Origin: Candidatus Latescibacterota bacterium | Lineage (GTDB): Bacteria; Latescibacterota; UBA2968; UBA8231 | Assembly: GCA_965243025.1 (NCBI GenBank) | Contig: CBDETY010000003.1 | Location: forward strand, 6,048,001-6,112,000 | Reading direction: 5' to 3' | Length of the DNA stretch: 64,000 bases | Part shown: piece after piece, positions 19,426 to 28,353 of the stretch | Numbering within the stretch: the stretch's first letter is position 1 | Layout: every line of letters begins with the position of its first letter | Position numbers and translations under genes: made by a program | The notes under the pieces: model-generated | Database searches by the model: none | What the model was told of the DNA's origin: nothing | Seen by the model: only the letters and a program-made list of their open reading frames with translations

Positions 19426-20055
19426 CTACAGCGTGGTGAGGCCGGTTCTGATCGCGAACTTGGTCAAAGAAGCCACGCCGTGCCGGTCGAGCTTGTCCAT
19501 AATGCGCTGCCGGTGCGTGTGGACGGTGTTCTCGCTCAGGTTCAGTTGCCGGGCAATTTGCCGTGTCGTCAGATCCTCGCTGATGAGCCGAACCACCTCG
19601 CGCTCCCGCTCGCTCAGCTCCGGATGTCCGGCAAGTGTCTGCATCTGGTCGTACACGGCCCCGGCCAACTCCGGACTCAGGTAGGTGCGGCCGGACAGGG
19701 CCGCCCGCACCGCCCGCAGCACCTCGACCGAGGCCGCCCCTTTCACCACGTACCCCGAGGCCCCCGCCTCCAGCATGCCGGCGACGTACTGCGGGTCGTC
19801 GTGCACCGACAGGGCCACCACCTTCACCTCCGGGGCCTGGCCGAGAACCTGGCGCGTCGCCTCGACTCCGCTCAGGTCGGGCAGGGATACGTCCATGATC
19901 ACGACGTGCGGCCGGCAGGCCGCGGCCAGCTCCACGGCGGTGCGCGCGTCCCCGGCTTCCCCCACCACCTCGAACTCCCCGTCCTGCGCGAACAGGGAGC
20001 GCAGGCCCTTGCGCATCAGCTCGTGATCGTCCACCAGCACAACGCGGATCGTCAT
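19426..20055 (-). CDS. NarL/LuxR-family response regulator
   Basis: MTIRVVLVDDHELMRKG, VIMDVSLPDLSG, GYVVK, LSEREREVVRLI...SENTVHTHRQRIMDKL. Confidence 0.93.
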   Translation of the reverse strand: MTIRVVLVDDHELMRKGLRSLFAQDGEFEVVGEAGDARTAVELAAACRPHVVIMDVSLPDLSGVEATRQVLGQAPEVKVVALSVHDDPQYVAGMLEAGASGYVVKGAASVEVLRAVRAALSGRTYLSPELAGAVYDQMQTLAGHPELSEREREVVRLISEDLTTRQIARQLNLSENTVHTHRQRIMDKLDRHGVASLTKFAIRTGLTTL

Positions 20056-20325
20056 CGGGAGTTCTCCTTGGCTCCAGGGATGAGGAAGGGACCGCCAGGC
20101 TCGGTGCCTCTCGTCGCGGCGCAGGGACCCTGCCGCCGCGTCGTTCGTGCCGGCATGCCGGGCGAGGTTGAGCAACAGCTCGCGAAGACACCGGAACAGC
20201 GTAGCGCGCAGACCCTCGCCGGCCACCTCGCAGTTCCCCTCGCTTTGAGGCTGACCCGCAGCCCGTGCTCCTTCTCGGGGTGCCCGGCGACCGAGCGCAG
20301 GCCGGCCACCAGCCCGACCTCGGTA
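20052..20325 (-). pseudogene. Remnant of NarX/UhpB-type sensor histidine kinase
   Basis: GLVAGLRS and TLFRCLRELLLNLARHAG (N-box) in different frames; G-boxes and N-terminus absent. Confidence 0.6.
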
Positions 20326-20933
20326 AATATAATCCCTCCTGAGTGATAAACCGGTGGAAATAAAAGCAACCGCCCTTCAAGTTCGTAGCTCCAACACGAA
20401 GCCTTCGTATGAAGAACATTTTCGACAGTCCGGTCCGGCTCTCGAAAAAAATCTAGCCCATCAACTCTGGTGTCATCTCGATAGTTGACTGGGCTACAGG
20501 CAATTCCACCCAACTCGTTCCTACAATTTCGTTCGAACTCGATGCAAAAACCGGGATGCTTGTTTGCGTAGTGGGACCAGAGAAGGTTTTCGTACGGAGT
20601 GGCACTGAATGAAACAACCCCGCAGGACCTCAAATCCCTTTGTCTTTGTGCAAGGTAATCCAACATCTTGCGCTTTTCCTCCGGGACGTTGCTGGGTGTA
20701 TACGTCATTGGTTCGCCTCGGCTTTTTGCACAACTGTTTAGATGGTCAGCCAAATCCTGAAACGAAAAAGAATCATCAAAAAGAAACAGTGAATCGAAGG
20801 GGTCATTAAATGAACGGAGATCAGCAAGCCAAACAGTGCGTTTTATTAAACCCGACAAAGCATTTTTTTCAATACAGGAATACTTGAATAAAGATTTCGG
20901 GTTCTCGATATCTATTTCGTTTTTTCTGGACAT
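20052..20933 (-). CDS. DUF2971-domain protein, AT-rich, C-terminus running into the kinase remnant
   Basis: LFKY, SFNDPFD, VVSFS...NLLWSHYANKHPGFCIEF, KASCWSYELE. Confidence 0.75.
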   Translation of the reverse strand: MSRKNEIDIENPKSLFKYSCIEKNALSGLIKRTVWLADLRSFNDPFDSLFLFDDSFSFQDLADHLNSCAKSRGEPMTYTPSNVPEEKRKMLDYLAQRQRDLRSCGVVSFSATPYENLLWSHYANKHPGFCIEFERNCRNELGGIACSPVNYRDDTRVDGLDFFREPDRTVENVLHTKASCWSYELEGRLLLFPPVYHSGGIIFTEVGLVAGLRSVAGHPEKEHGLRVSLKARGTARWPARVCALRCSGVFASCCSTSPGMPARTTRRQGPCAATRGTEPGGPFLIPGAKENSR

Positions 20934-21040
20934 GTTCTTCCTTCTTTTTCAAACTTTGAGGTGTCCATCATGTTATTGGGAGGTTAAAACCTAAATTGTT
21001 TGGTTACCTTTCAGGGAAAGGTCGACCCTCCGTATTTGTA

Positions 21041-21856
21041 TCAGGCGCCGGCGATGATGCAGTTCCGCAGCAGGCGCTTTCCCCGGTCGGACAGCTGATC
21101 GAACTGGTCCCGGGTCAGTTCCGGCACCGCGTCGCGATTCCGCCCGCCGAACCACGACTGGGTGTAGCTGATGCCCAGCATGATGCGGGTGTGATCCGAG
21201 CGGTTCGGGGTGCCGCGGTGGATGACCCGCGGATCGCAGATCCAGGCGCTCCCGCGCCTGAGGTTCAGGCGCATCTTCGAAGGATAGCGCCCCCTTGCGA
21301 TGATCTCGTTCAATGACCGGGCGGTTTGCGAGCCGGGGACGTGGTGCAGCCGGGCGATGGAGCAGTGGTGGGTACAGGGGATCAGCTCGGTGCTGCCGTT
21401 CTCTTCGTTCGTGTCGACGAGGGAGAAGTTCAGACTCAGGGCGGGATAAACAGGCAGGGTGAGGTTGGCCGCCAGAAGCATCCCGTCGCGGTGCCAGTTC
21501 TGGTACTCGGTGCCGGGTGCGGGACAGTTCGAGCTGTAGCTGTCGATCTCGATGTCGTCGGTCCCCCACACGCGTTCGAGCAGCTCGAGCACCAGGGGGT
21601 TCTCGGTGATGACGGGATCGCAGAACGGCATCTCGAACGGCGGGTAGATCTTGAACCGCTGCTTCTGCGTCACCCGGCCCCGGCCCGTTGACAGCTCTCC
21701 CTTCAGCGCGGTCGAGTTCCATGCCTCGACCCGGTCCATCATCGGCTTGCAGCGCGCGTAGATCCGGTCGATGGTGTCCGCGGGAATGAGATCGTCCAAC
21801 ACGACGAAACCGTTTATCTGGAGTTCGTCGACGAGCTGATCGATACCGGGCTGCAT
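21041..21856 (-). CDS. PhyH-family Fe/2OG dioxygenase
   Basis: NGFVVL, QNWHRD, ENGSTELIPCTH, VIHRGTPNRS. Confidence 0.88.
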   Translation of the reverse strand: MQPGIDQLVDELQINGFVVLDDLIPADTIDRIYARCKPMMDRVEAWNSTALKGELSTGRGRVTQKQRFKIYPPFEMPFCDPVITENPLVLELLERVWGTDDIEIDSYSSNCPAPGTEYQNWHRDGMLLAANLTLPVYPALSLNFSLVDTNEENGSTELIPCTHHCSIARLHHVPGSQTARSLNEIIARGRYPSKMRLNLRRGSAWICDPRVIHRGTPNRSDHTRIMLGISYTQSWFGGRNRDAVPELTRDQFDQLSDRGKRLLRNCIIAGA

Positions 21857-21926
21857 GTCCTTGCTCCTGATTTTGATCCCGAACCTTCGCTGGGGCAGAT
21901 GTGGGCGTCTAGGGAGACCGATGGCG

Positions 21927-23156
21927 CTACCGTATCACGGTGCCGTCGGGGCGCCTCGTGTTCCTGGGGACCCCCGGGTCCCTGGCCGGGAAGCGGGCGG
22001 CGAGCTCCTCGTCGATGTCCACCCCGAGCCCGGGCTTGCCGTTCGGCCACATGTAGCCGCCGCGCAGCTCCGGGGTGCCGGGGAACACCTCCTTCAGGGT
22101 CGGGTGGGTGTTGAGGTAAACCGATGCCTCCTGAATGCCGAAGTTCCACACGTTCAGGTCGAGCATCAGGTTGGCCGCGTGCCCGACGGGGGAAACGTCG
22201 GCCGAGCCGTGCCAGGCGGTGCGGACGTTGAAGGCTTCGCACAGGGCCGCCATCTTGCGCGCCGGCGTCAGCCCCCCGATCGCCGAGATGTGCAGCCGCA
22301 GGAAGTCTATCAGCCGGTCCTTGATGACGGGGACGACCTCCTGCGGATTGCTGTAGAGCTCCCCCATCGCCATCGGTGTGCTCGTCTGCTCGCGCACGAG
22401 GCGGAAGTAGTCGTTGTCCTCCGGCGTGAAGATGTCCTCCATGAAGTAGGGCTTGTACTGCTCGACGTCCTTGGCCATCGCCAGGGCCTGTATCGGCGGC
22501 ATCACCGCCTTGACGTCGAGAAGGATCTCCGGTTCCGGGCCGAAGGTGGAGCGGAATTGTTCGAAGGCGCCGACGATGTTGCGGCATACCGCCGACGGGT
22601 CGAGGATGTCCCCGTCCTCCATCGACGCCTTGCCGGTAATGACGGCCGGCCCGTAGAAGGCTCTGTCCCGTTCCGTCATCGCGCTTCCCCATCCGAACTT
22701 GATGTGGCGGAAGCCCTGGTCCAGGAGCTCGCGGGTGAGCTCCTCGCTCTGTGCCTGGTCCCGCCCCTGGGGGATCACGTACACCGCCGCGGCCTCCCTG
22801 GCCTTGCCCCCGAACAGCTCGTACACCGGCATCCCCGCCACCTTGCCCTTGATGTCCCACAGGGCCTGGTCGACGCCGCTGACGGCGTTATTGAGGACGG
22901 GGCCGCTGCGCCAGTAGGAGGAGGCGTAGCACGACTGCCAGATGTCTTCGATCTCGGCCGGGTTCCTGCCGGTCAGGAGGGGTTTCAGGTAGTCGTCGAC
23001 GGCGGCGGCGACGGCCGTCGGCCGCGTGCAGAACGAGGCGCATCCCACTCCGTAGAGCTCGGGTTCGCTGGTTTCCACCTTGACGACGGTGAGAGTGCGC
23101 GCTCCGGGCGGGTGGGTGACGATCGCCCGCACATCGCGGATCTCGAGGTTGCTCAT
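21927..23156 (-). CDS. Enolase-superfamily acid-sugar dehydratase (RspA/ManD-like)
   Basis: VVKVETSEPELYGVG, YWRSGPVLNNAVSGVDQALWDIKGK, FMED, MGEL, TAWHG, KPGLGVDIDE. Confidence 0.9.
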   Translation of the reverse strand: MSNLEIRDVRAIVTHPPGARTLTVVKVETSEPELYGVGCASFCTRPTAVAAAVDDYLKPLLTGRNPAEIEDIWQSCYASSYWRSGPVLNNAVSGVDQALWDIKGKVAGMPVYELFGGKAREAAAVYVIPQGRDQAQSEELTRELLDQGFRHIKFGWGSAMTERDRAFYGPAVITGKASMEDGDILDPSAVCRNIVGAFEQFRSTFGPEPEILLDVKAVMPPIQALAMAKDVEQYKPYFMEDIFTPEDNDYFRLVREQTSTPMAMGELYSNPQEVVPVIKDRLIDFLRLHISAIGGLTPARKMAALCEAFNVRTAWHGSADVSPVGHAANLMLDLNVWNFGIQEASVYLNTHPTLKEVFPGTPELRGGYMWPNGKPGLGVDIDEELAARFPARDPGVPRNTRRPDGTVIR

Positions 23157-23169
23157 CGGGTCCCTTTCG

Positions 23170-25155
23170 CTACTGGTACGGCACCGGGATCGAGTCCCCG
23201 TGCCAGGGGAAGGCGTAGGTCGGCCGGTGGGCGAAGCGGCGCATGCCCGCGTCCAGCCGGATGGAGGTTCCTGGGGGGAGCTGCACGGCGAAGTACTTCG
23301 ACCCCACCGGGACGGTACGGCCGTCCCAGGTCAGCTCGACGAACTCGTGCTCGGCGAAGGCCCCGGCCTGTACGATCAGGTTGCGGGTCTCGCTGTCGTT
23401 CAGGTTGACGAGCTGAAGACCGGCGCTGTCGGCTCCCAGCCGGTCGACGAGAGCGGCGACGTCGGGCGGCAGTCCGGGCCGGGTGCGGTCGCTGTCGAAG
23501 TAGCGGACGGTGGCGCGCAGCAGCCCTCCGGTGTAGATCGATTGCGGCGCCCCCATCGTCACCTGCGTCAGCCCCTTGGTGTAGACCGTAGTGGGAGGAG
23601 AGGGGTTGTCGGCGATCAAGGTCCTGGCGTCGCGGGTTTCGTTCCGTATCGACTCGAAGTCGTTCAGGGCGTTCTGGTACTCCGCCTGCAGGATCTTCTC
23701 GGGCCAGTCAGGGTTCTGCCCGTCGTAGTACTGGAAGCGCGCCAGCTCGGTGTCGGCGTAGCTCTTCTCCCCGAGGACGGGCGGGTTGTTCCAGTCGCGC
23801 ATCTTGTCGGTTTCCCGGATGCGGACGATGAGGTCGTAGTCCTCCCGGGCCATCGAGGCGTGGTAGAGGTGGGCGAGCTCCTGCATGCGGAAAGGCACGA
23901 ACCTGCCTCTTTCGTAGTCGTAGTCGTCCCTCGTGTACTCCCAGCCGTCCGCACCGTAGCGGGACGGCAGCAGCAGCTGGCCGTCCTCGCGGGTGACGGC
24001 GTTGTCCATGAGCAGCCGGATCTGTGAGCGCAGCAGCTCGAGATAGCCGAAGTCGCCGGTGAGCAGGAGGGCGCACTCGGCGGCGATGGTGAGCGAGCTG
24101 AACATGATGTAGTGGCCGACGAAGGTGTTCCAGCCGTAGAGCCCGCCCCACCAGAGGCCGTTGCGGTTTTCGCCGATCTCGCCGGTCGGGCCGACGTTGT
24201 CGGGAAGGATGCCGCCGTTGCGCTCGATGCGCTCCATCCACCCTTCCGTGTAGTCGAGCACCCACTGTTTGTACTTGTCCTCACCGGTGTAGAGAAAGGC
24301 GTTGGTCATGAGGCCGGTTGCGCCGAGGCTGTGGGGGACGTCGCCGTTGAGGACGATGTGGTCGAACAGCTTGAGGATTTCCTCCCGGCGCGCCGGGTTC
24401 TCGAACCAGTTCCCCTCGAGTTCGGTCACCACCGGATCGAGGGTCGCCCGCACCTTGTAGGGGCGGTAGCCCTTCTCGTACCCCGTTTCCCATCCCTGCA
24501 GCCACATGACGACGTTGTCGACGGTCGCGTGGCGCATGGGGCCGGCGCTGGTCTGAATGGGGCTGCGGAAGACCCTGTGCTCCGGATCGTAGTTGGGGGC
24601 CTCGGGATCCTCGTCCATGAACATCGCCGCGAACCGCCTGGCGCGGCGCACGTTCTCCGAGATGGTGGGGTCGGCCAGGCCGAAATGGTAGAAGGCCATG
24701 TTGCCCTCGCCCTGGTGGTACCACTCGTTGGCGCCGGCCGAGGCCTGGTTGTAGTACTCGTTGTGGATCTGGGGCTGGAAGCGGGGATGGACGCGGCTGA
24801 CGATGTCGTCGGAAAAGAACCGCGTCGTTGCGTGCCACTGCTGCAGCCCGAGGTCGAGCACCTTCCGGTCCGCCCCCATGGCGTAGAACAGGCCCCAGTT
24901 GTACACCCTCTCGTAGAGGTCGTCGACGTCGTCGGCGTAGTAGAAGGCCCCGCCCTTTTCCGCGTACTTGTCGACCATCGGCTCGACGGCGTCCTCCATC
25001 AGCTTCATCAGCCGGCGTTCGAGGAGCGCCCACCCGGGGGGCGGCGATACCCGCGCCGCGGTGACCTCGACCAGCCCGGGGACCGCGCCCGGCCCCGGGG
25101 ATGAGCCGGTTTCGGCTATGGTTGCCCCTGGTTCGTCTGCCTGGTTGTGCGGCAT
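23170..25155 (-). CDS. Conserved hypothetical ~660-aa protein, possibly an (alpha/alpha)-barrel lyase/glycosidase
   Basis: Protein-like only from MPHNQADE; motifs PPGWALLER, DDVDDLYE, WYHQGEG, LPDNVGPTG, WWGGLYGW, RPGLPPDVAALV, PTYAFPW. Confidence 0.7.
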   Translation of the reverse strand: MPHNQADEPGATIAETGSSPGPGAVPGLVEVTAARVSPPPGWALLERRLMKLMEDAVEPMVDKYAEKGGAFYYADDVDDLYERVYNWGLFYAMGADRKVLDLGLQQWHATTRFFSDDIVSRVHPRFQPQIHNEYYNQASAGANEWYHQGEGNMAFYHFGLADPTISENVRRARRFAAMFMDEDPEAPNYDPEHRVFRSPIQTSAGPMRHATVDNVVMWLQGWETGYEKGYRPYKVRATLDPVVTELEGNWFENPARREEILKLFDHIVLNGDVPHSLGATGLMTNAFLYTGEDKYKQWVLDYTEGWMERIERNGGILPDNVGPTGEIGENRNGLWWGGLYGWNTFVGHYIMFSSLTIAAECALLLTGDFGYLELLRSQIRLLMDNAVTREDGQLLLPSRYGADGWEYTRDDYDYERGRFVPFRMQELAHLYHASMAREDYDLIVRIRETDKMRDWNNPPVLGEKSYADTELARFQYYDGQNPDWPEKILQAEYQNALNDFESIRNETRDARTLIADNPSPPTTVYTKGLTQVTMGAPQSIYTGGLLRATVRYFDSDRTRPGLPPDVAALVDRLGADSAGLQLVNLNDSETRNLIVQAGAFAEHEFVELTWDGRTVPVGSKYFAVQLPPGTSIRLDAGMRRFAHRPTYAFPWHGDSIPVPYQ

Positions 25156-25235
25156 GCGATCAATCTCCTGAAAATCCGGTTCTCGTGCGCCGCGGCAGGC
25201 CGGATGCCCCGCGGCAAGGGTGCGCAGGCAATCCG

Positions 25236-26786
25236 CTACCGGAACTGAAACGAGTAGAGCTTGGCGTTCCTGAAGCGGAACCGCAGCCGGATCGCCTGCC
25301 CCTGAAACCGGCCCACCTTCGAATTTCCGTTCCAGCTGACAGCGTGGGCGGTGCCGGTGGTCGTCAGCGCATCGGCGTCGTCGGCGGTGAATCCGGGAAT
25401 GCGTTCGTGGTTGGCAGTCAGGATCTCCACCCGCACTTCGCACGGTCCGGCGCTGTTGAAGCGCGGGGGCGCCTGCATGTTCAGGTACAGCTGCTCCCCG
25501 GAAAACCCGAAGGAACGGGTCACCATCAGGCTGTGCGGCTCGATGTCGGTCGGAGCCGGCCGGTAGTCGATAGGTCCCTTGGCCCCGTCCAGCGAAACGA
25601 ACCCGTCGAGGGGGAGCGTCGCCAGTCCGATGGCCGTAGTCGCCTTCCCGCCGAGGTCGAACGCCTGCTCCGGGGAGCGGCTGTTGGTGCCGTAGTAGTA
25701 GACGAGGATTCGGTCTCCATGCAAGATCGGCGCCCGCGCGTAAATCGAGTTGGCGTCGAAGTCGTCCCGGGGTCCGCGGGCGATGAACGGCTCCCGGTAT
25801 TCCCGGTTGTAGTGGATGCCGTTCCTGCTGAAGACGATCTGGGGGTGATGGGTCAGGTTGGTGGTGCGGAAGTTCCAGAGCACTCCGACGTACAGCCCTG
25901 CGTACACGGTGGCCGCAAGCGCGTAGTACTCCGTGTCCGGGGTGTCGCCCTCGCCGGGCACGAGGATCGTCTCCGCCTCGCTCCAGTGGATCATGTCCGG
26001 GCTTTCCGCCCGGCCGATCACCCTTTTCCCTAAGGGACCGCGCCAGTGCAGGTTGTTCTCCATGTGGACGGCGTACACCTGGCGGACCGGATCCCAGCCC
26101 ATGAAATCGGTCGGTCCCCAGCGGCCCGGCTTCGGCGAATAGTCGATGACGGGGTTGCCCTCGAAGGCCGTCCACTCGAACCCGTCGGGCGAGAAATAGA
26201 GGTGGAACTTCATCCCCGGGGGGGCCGCCCCTTCGGTGCCGTCGGAGCCGGCTTGCCCTCCGTCGGGATCGGCGTCCCAGGCAGCGAAGGTCCGGATCAA
26301 CCCCTTGAAGCGTTTGCCCGGGTCCTTTTCGCGGGGATCTTCGAAGAATGAGAACCCGGGTCTCGATTCGGGAGGGAAGAGTTCGGGCATGCAGCTTTTC
26401 GGCGGCAGGAGGTTGTTCCGGGTCGATCCGTTGAAATCGACCAGCCCCAGCTCCGGCCGCTGCCAGTGGATCCCGTCCTCCGAGGTCGCCAGGCAGGTAG
26501 CGTGCCGCGGCCCCTCGTACTCGTCCGCTGTCGCGATCTCCTCCCCCTGGCGCCGGGCGATGTACCGGCCAGGTGAATACCACATCCGGAAGATCCGGTC
26601 CCGCCGGTCGTAGATGACGTTTTTCAGGGCGACGTGCGTCCCTTCCCAGGGCCGCTCGGCCCGGATGACGGGATTGTCCGGCACCTTGACGGCGGGGTTC
26701 ATGATCTGCCGCGTGTTGGTCATGCTTTCGATCAGGTAGTCGTCGACGAAGAGCTGCCTGGTGGAGCCGATATCGATCAGGGCCAT
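25236..26786 (-). CDS. GH32/GH43-like beta-propeller putative glycoside hydrolase
   Basis: RQLFVDD, SEDGIHW, DPGKRFK, SPDGFEW, LDGFVSL, LRFRFRNAKLYSFQF. Confidence 0.75.
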   Translation of the reverse strand: MALIDIGSTRQLFVDDYLIESMTNTRQIMNPAVKVPDNPVIRAERPWEGTHVALKNVIYDRRDRIFRMWYSPGRYIARRQGEEIATADEYEGPRHATCLATSEDGIHWQRPELGLVDFNGSTRNNLLPPKSCMPELFPPESRPGFSFFEDPREKDPGKRFKGLIRTFAAWDADPDGGQAGSDGTEGAAPPGMKFHLYFSPDGFEWTAFEGNPVIDYSPKPGRWGPTDFMGWDPVRQVYAVHMENNLHWRGPLGKRVIGRAESPDMIHWSEAETILVPGEGDTPDTEYYALAATVYAGLYVGVLWNFRTTNLTHHPQIVFSRNGIHYNREYREPFIARGPRDDFDANSIYARAPILHGDRILVYYYGTNSRSPEQAFDLGGKATTAIGLATLPLDGFVSLDGAKGPIDYRPAPTDIEPHSLMVTRSFGFSGEQLYLNMQAPPRFNSAGPCEVRVEILTANHERIPGFTADDADALTTTGTAHAVSWNGNSKVGRFQGQAIRLRFRFRNAKLYSFQFR

Positions 26787-26964
26787 CTGTTTTTTCAAAT
26801 CCGGATCGGGAATCCGCGAAAGGATGGATGGAGCGGTTGCTGGGGGGGTTGGCAAGATATATGATTCCGCCTTCCCCGGTCTATCCCCTGGCGGACTGGG
26901 GCGCTCCGTTCACTCGCACCTCGGCGCGCGAACCGGAAGCGCCGGGGTTCCAGGTTGAAAGAAG

Positions 26965-27774
26965 GTGAAAGCCGTGAAGCTTGGCGCTTCGACCATACCG
27001 TTCCTCGGGGAGCCTCTTACCCGTGAGGTGCTGGCGAAGTTCAGAGACGCCGGCATCGAGTCGCTGGAACTGTGCGACTACCACCCCAACTTCGACTTCG
27101 CCGACTCGGGGTTCCGCGCCTTCCTGCGACAGGCCCTTCCCGACATGGGGTTTCACCTCAACTCCATTCACATCCACCTGAAGAACCGCGACCCGGCCTG
27201 CGATCTGGCGAGTCTCGATGAGGCGGGGCGCCGCAAGGCTCTCGACGATCACAAACAGGCGGTGGACCTGGCTGCCGACCTCGGGGGCTGCATCCTGGTG
27301 ACCCACGACATCGCCATTCCCGAGCCGGAGGAGGCGCTGGGCATGGAGAAGCGGGCAGCTTTCCTGCAGAACCTCTGGGAGGTCGCCGGGTACGCCGCGC
27401 CGGTCGGCGTGCGGCTGGCGCTGGAAAACATCCCCCGCGGCTACACCGGGGATCCGCAACGACTGGTCGGCCTGCTGGAAGATCTCGGTGCCCCGAACGT
27501 GGGCGCGGTGATCGACACCGGCCACCGCAACCTCGGCGGCGATCCGGCCGCCGCTCTGAGAACGGTCGGGCGGCATCTGATCACCCTGCACCTGCACGAC
27601 AACCACGGCGAGCGGGACGAGCATCTGCTTCCGGGGCGCGGGAACATCGCCTGGGACGAAGTGAACCGGGCGCTCGCCGAAATCGGCTATGACGGGGTTT
27701 TCATGTACGAGATCAACCGGCCCGAAGACCTGCGGGAGCTGGCAGAGAACGCGGCGTGGATCCAGGGGTTGTAA
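26965..27774 (+). CDS. Sugar phosphate isomerase/epimerase (xylose isomerase-like TIM barrel)
   Basis: LALEN, IDTGH, LHLHDNHG.DEHLLPGRG, YDGVFMYE. Confidence 0.88.
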   Translation: MKAVKLGASTIPFLGEPLTREVLAKFRDAGIESLELCDYHPNFDFADSGFRAFLRQALPDMGFHLNSIHIHLKNRDPACDLASLDEAGRRKALDDHKQAVDLAADLGGCILVTHDIAIPEPEEALGMEKRAAFLQNLWEVAGYAAPVGVRLALENIPRGYTGDPQRLVGLLEDLGAPNVGAVIDTGHRNLGGDPAAALRTVGRHLITLHLHDNHGERDEHLLPGRGNIAWDEVNRALAEIGYDGVFMYEINRPEDLRELAENAAWIQGL

Positions 27775-27849
27775 ACGGCATGCCGCCGGGACGGGCGGTA
27801 CCGCCGTCCGCACAGCCGCTGCAGGTTATTTTCTTTCCCCCCATAAAAA

Positions 27850-28081
27850 GGGAATTACATCGAATGTTATGAAAAATCAGCAAGATGGATAGAATTGTGG
27901 TTCCCTGTCTGCTTGCCGGAAATCGGGGTGTTGACTGGCTGGCAAGTTCACATGATTGCGTGCAGAGTCATGCAATCTGGAAAGCGCACCTTCACGATTT
28001 TGGCGAATATGACGTTCATATCAGGCTCCAACTCCTTCTCTATCAATGCACTCGGCGTAACGCTACGGGGTTTCCGGAGAC
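27850..28081 (+). repeat. Left arm of ~230-bp imperfect inverted repeat
   Basis: Aligns block by block with the reverse complement of 34090-34325 (AGCAAGATG, GGTTCCCTG, CTGGCTGGCAAGT, CTGGAAAG, AACTCCTT.TCTATCA, CGGAGAC). Confidence 0.85.
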
Positions 28082-28111
28082 TGGTCTATTAGGTTATACC
28101 AGTTTTTTTTT
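28081..28111 (+). terminator. Possible intrinsic terminator at the inner end of the left arm
   Basis: CTGGT...ACCAG stem followed by a T9 run. Confidence 0.45.
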
Positions 28112-28169
28112 GAAATCGCGCGCCGCACCGGGTCCTTCCGCTCGCTGGTCCAGAGTCACCCAGGAGGTT

Positions 28170-28334
28170 GTTTCGCCGGCGGGTGCCGCCCCCATTACCC
28201 TCATCGACCGCGAAAAGCTGGTCGGCCTACTCATCCAGTACGGCATAGGAATCCGCAAACGAACGATTCAGTTGTTGGAAATGAACCGGGAAGCCTTCGC
28301 CCCCGAAGAGAAACTGAACGAAGAGAAACCATGA
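28170..28334 (+). pseudogene. Mrr-type restriction endonuclease C-terminal fragment
   Basis: GAAPITLIDREKLVGLLIQYGIG resembles the Mrr_cat C-terminal IxLIDGxxLxxL...IG motif; catalytic part missing. Confidence 0.6.
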
Positions 28335-28353
28335 GCAAAGAAGGAAAGAAGGG

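Noticed and set aside
25156-26583. N-terminal extension of the 1137-aa ORF 23170..26583
   Set aside because: Arg/Pro-rich off-frame overlap with the real propeller gene; the protein-like sequence begins at 25155.
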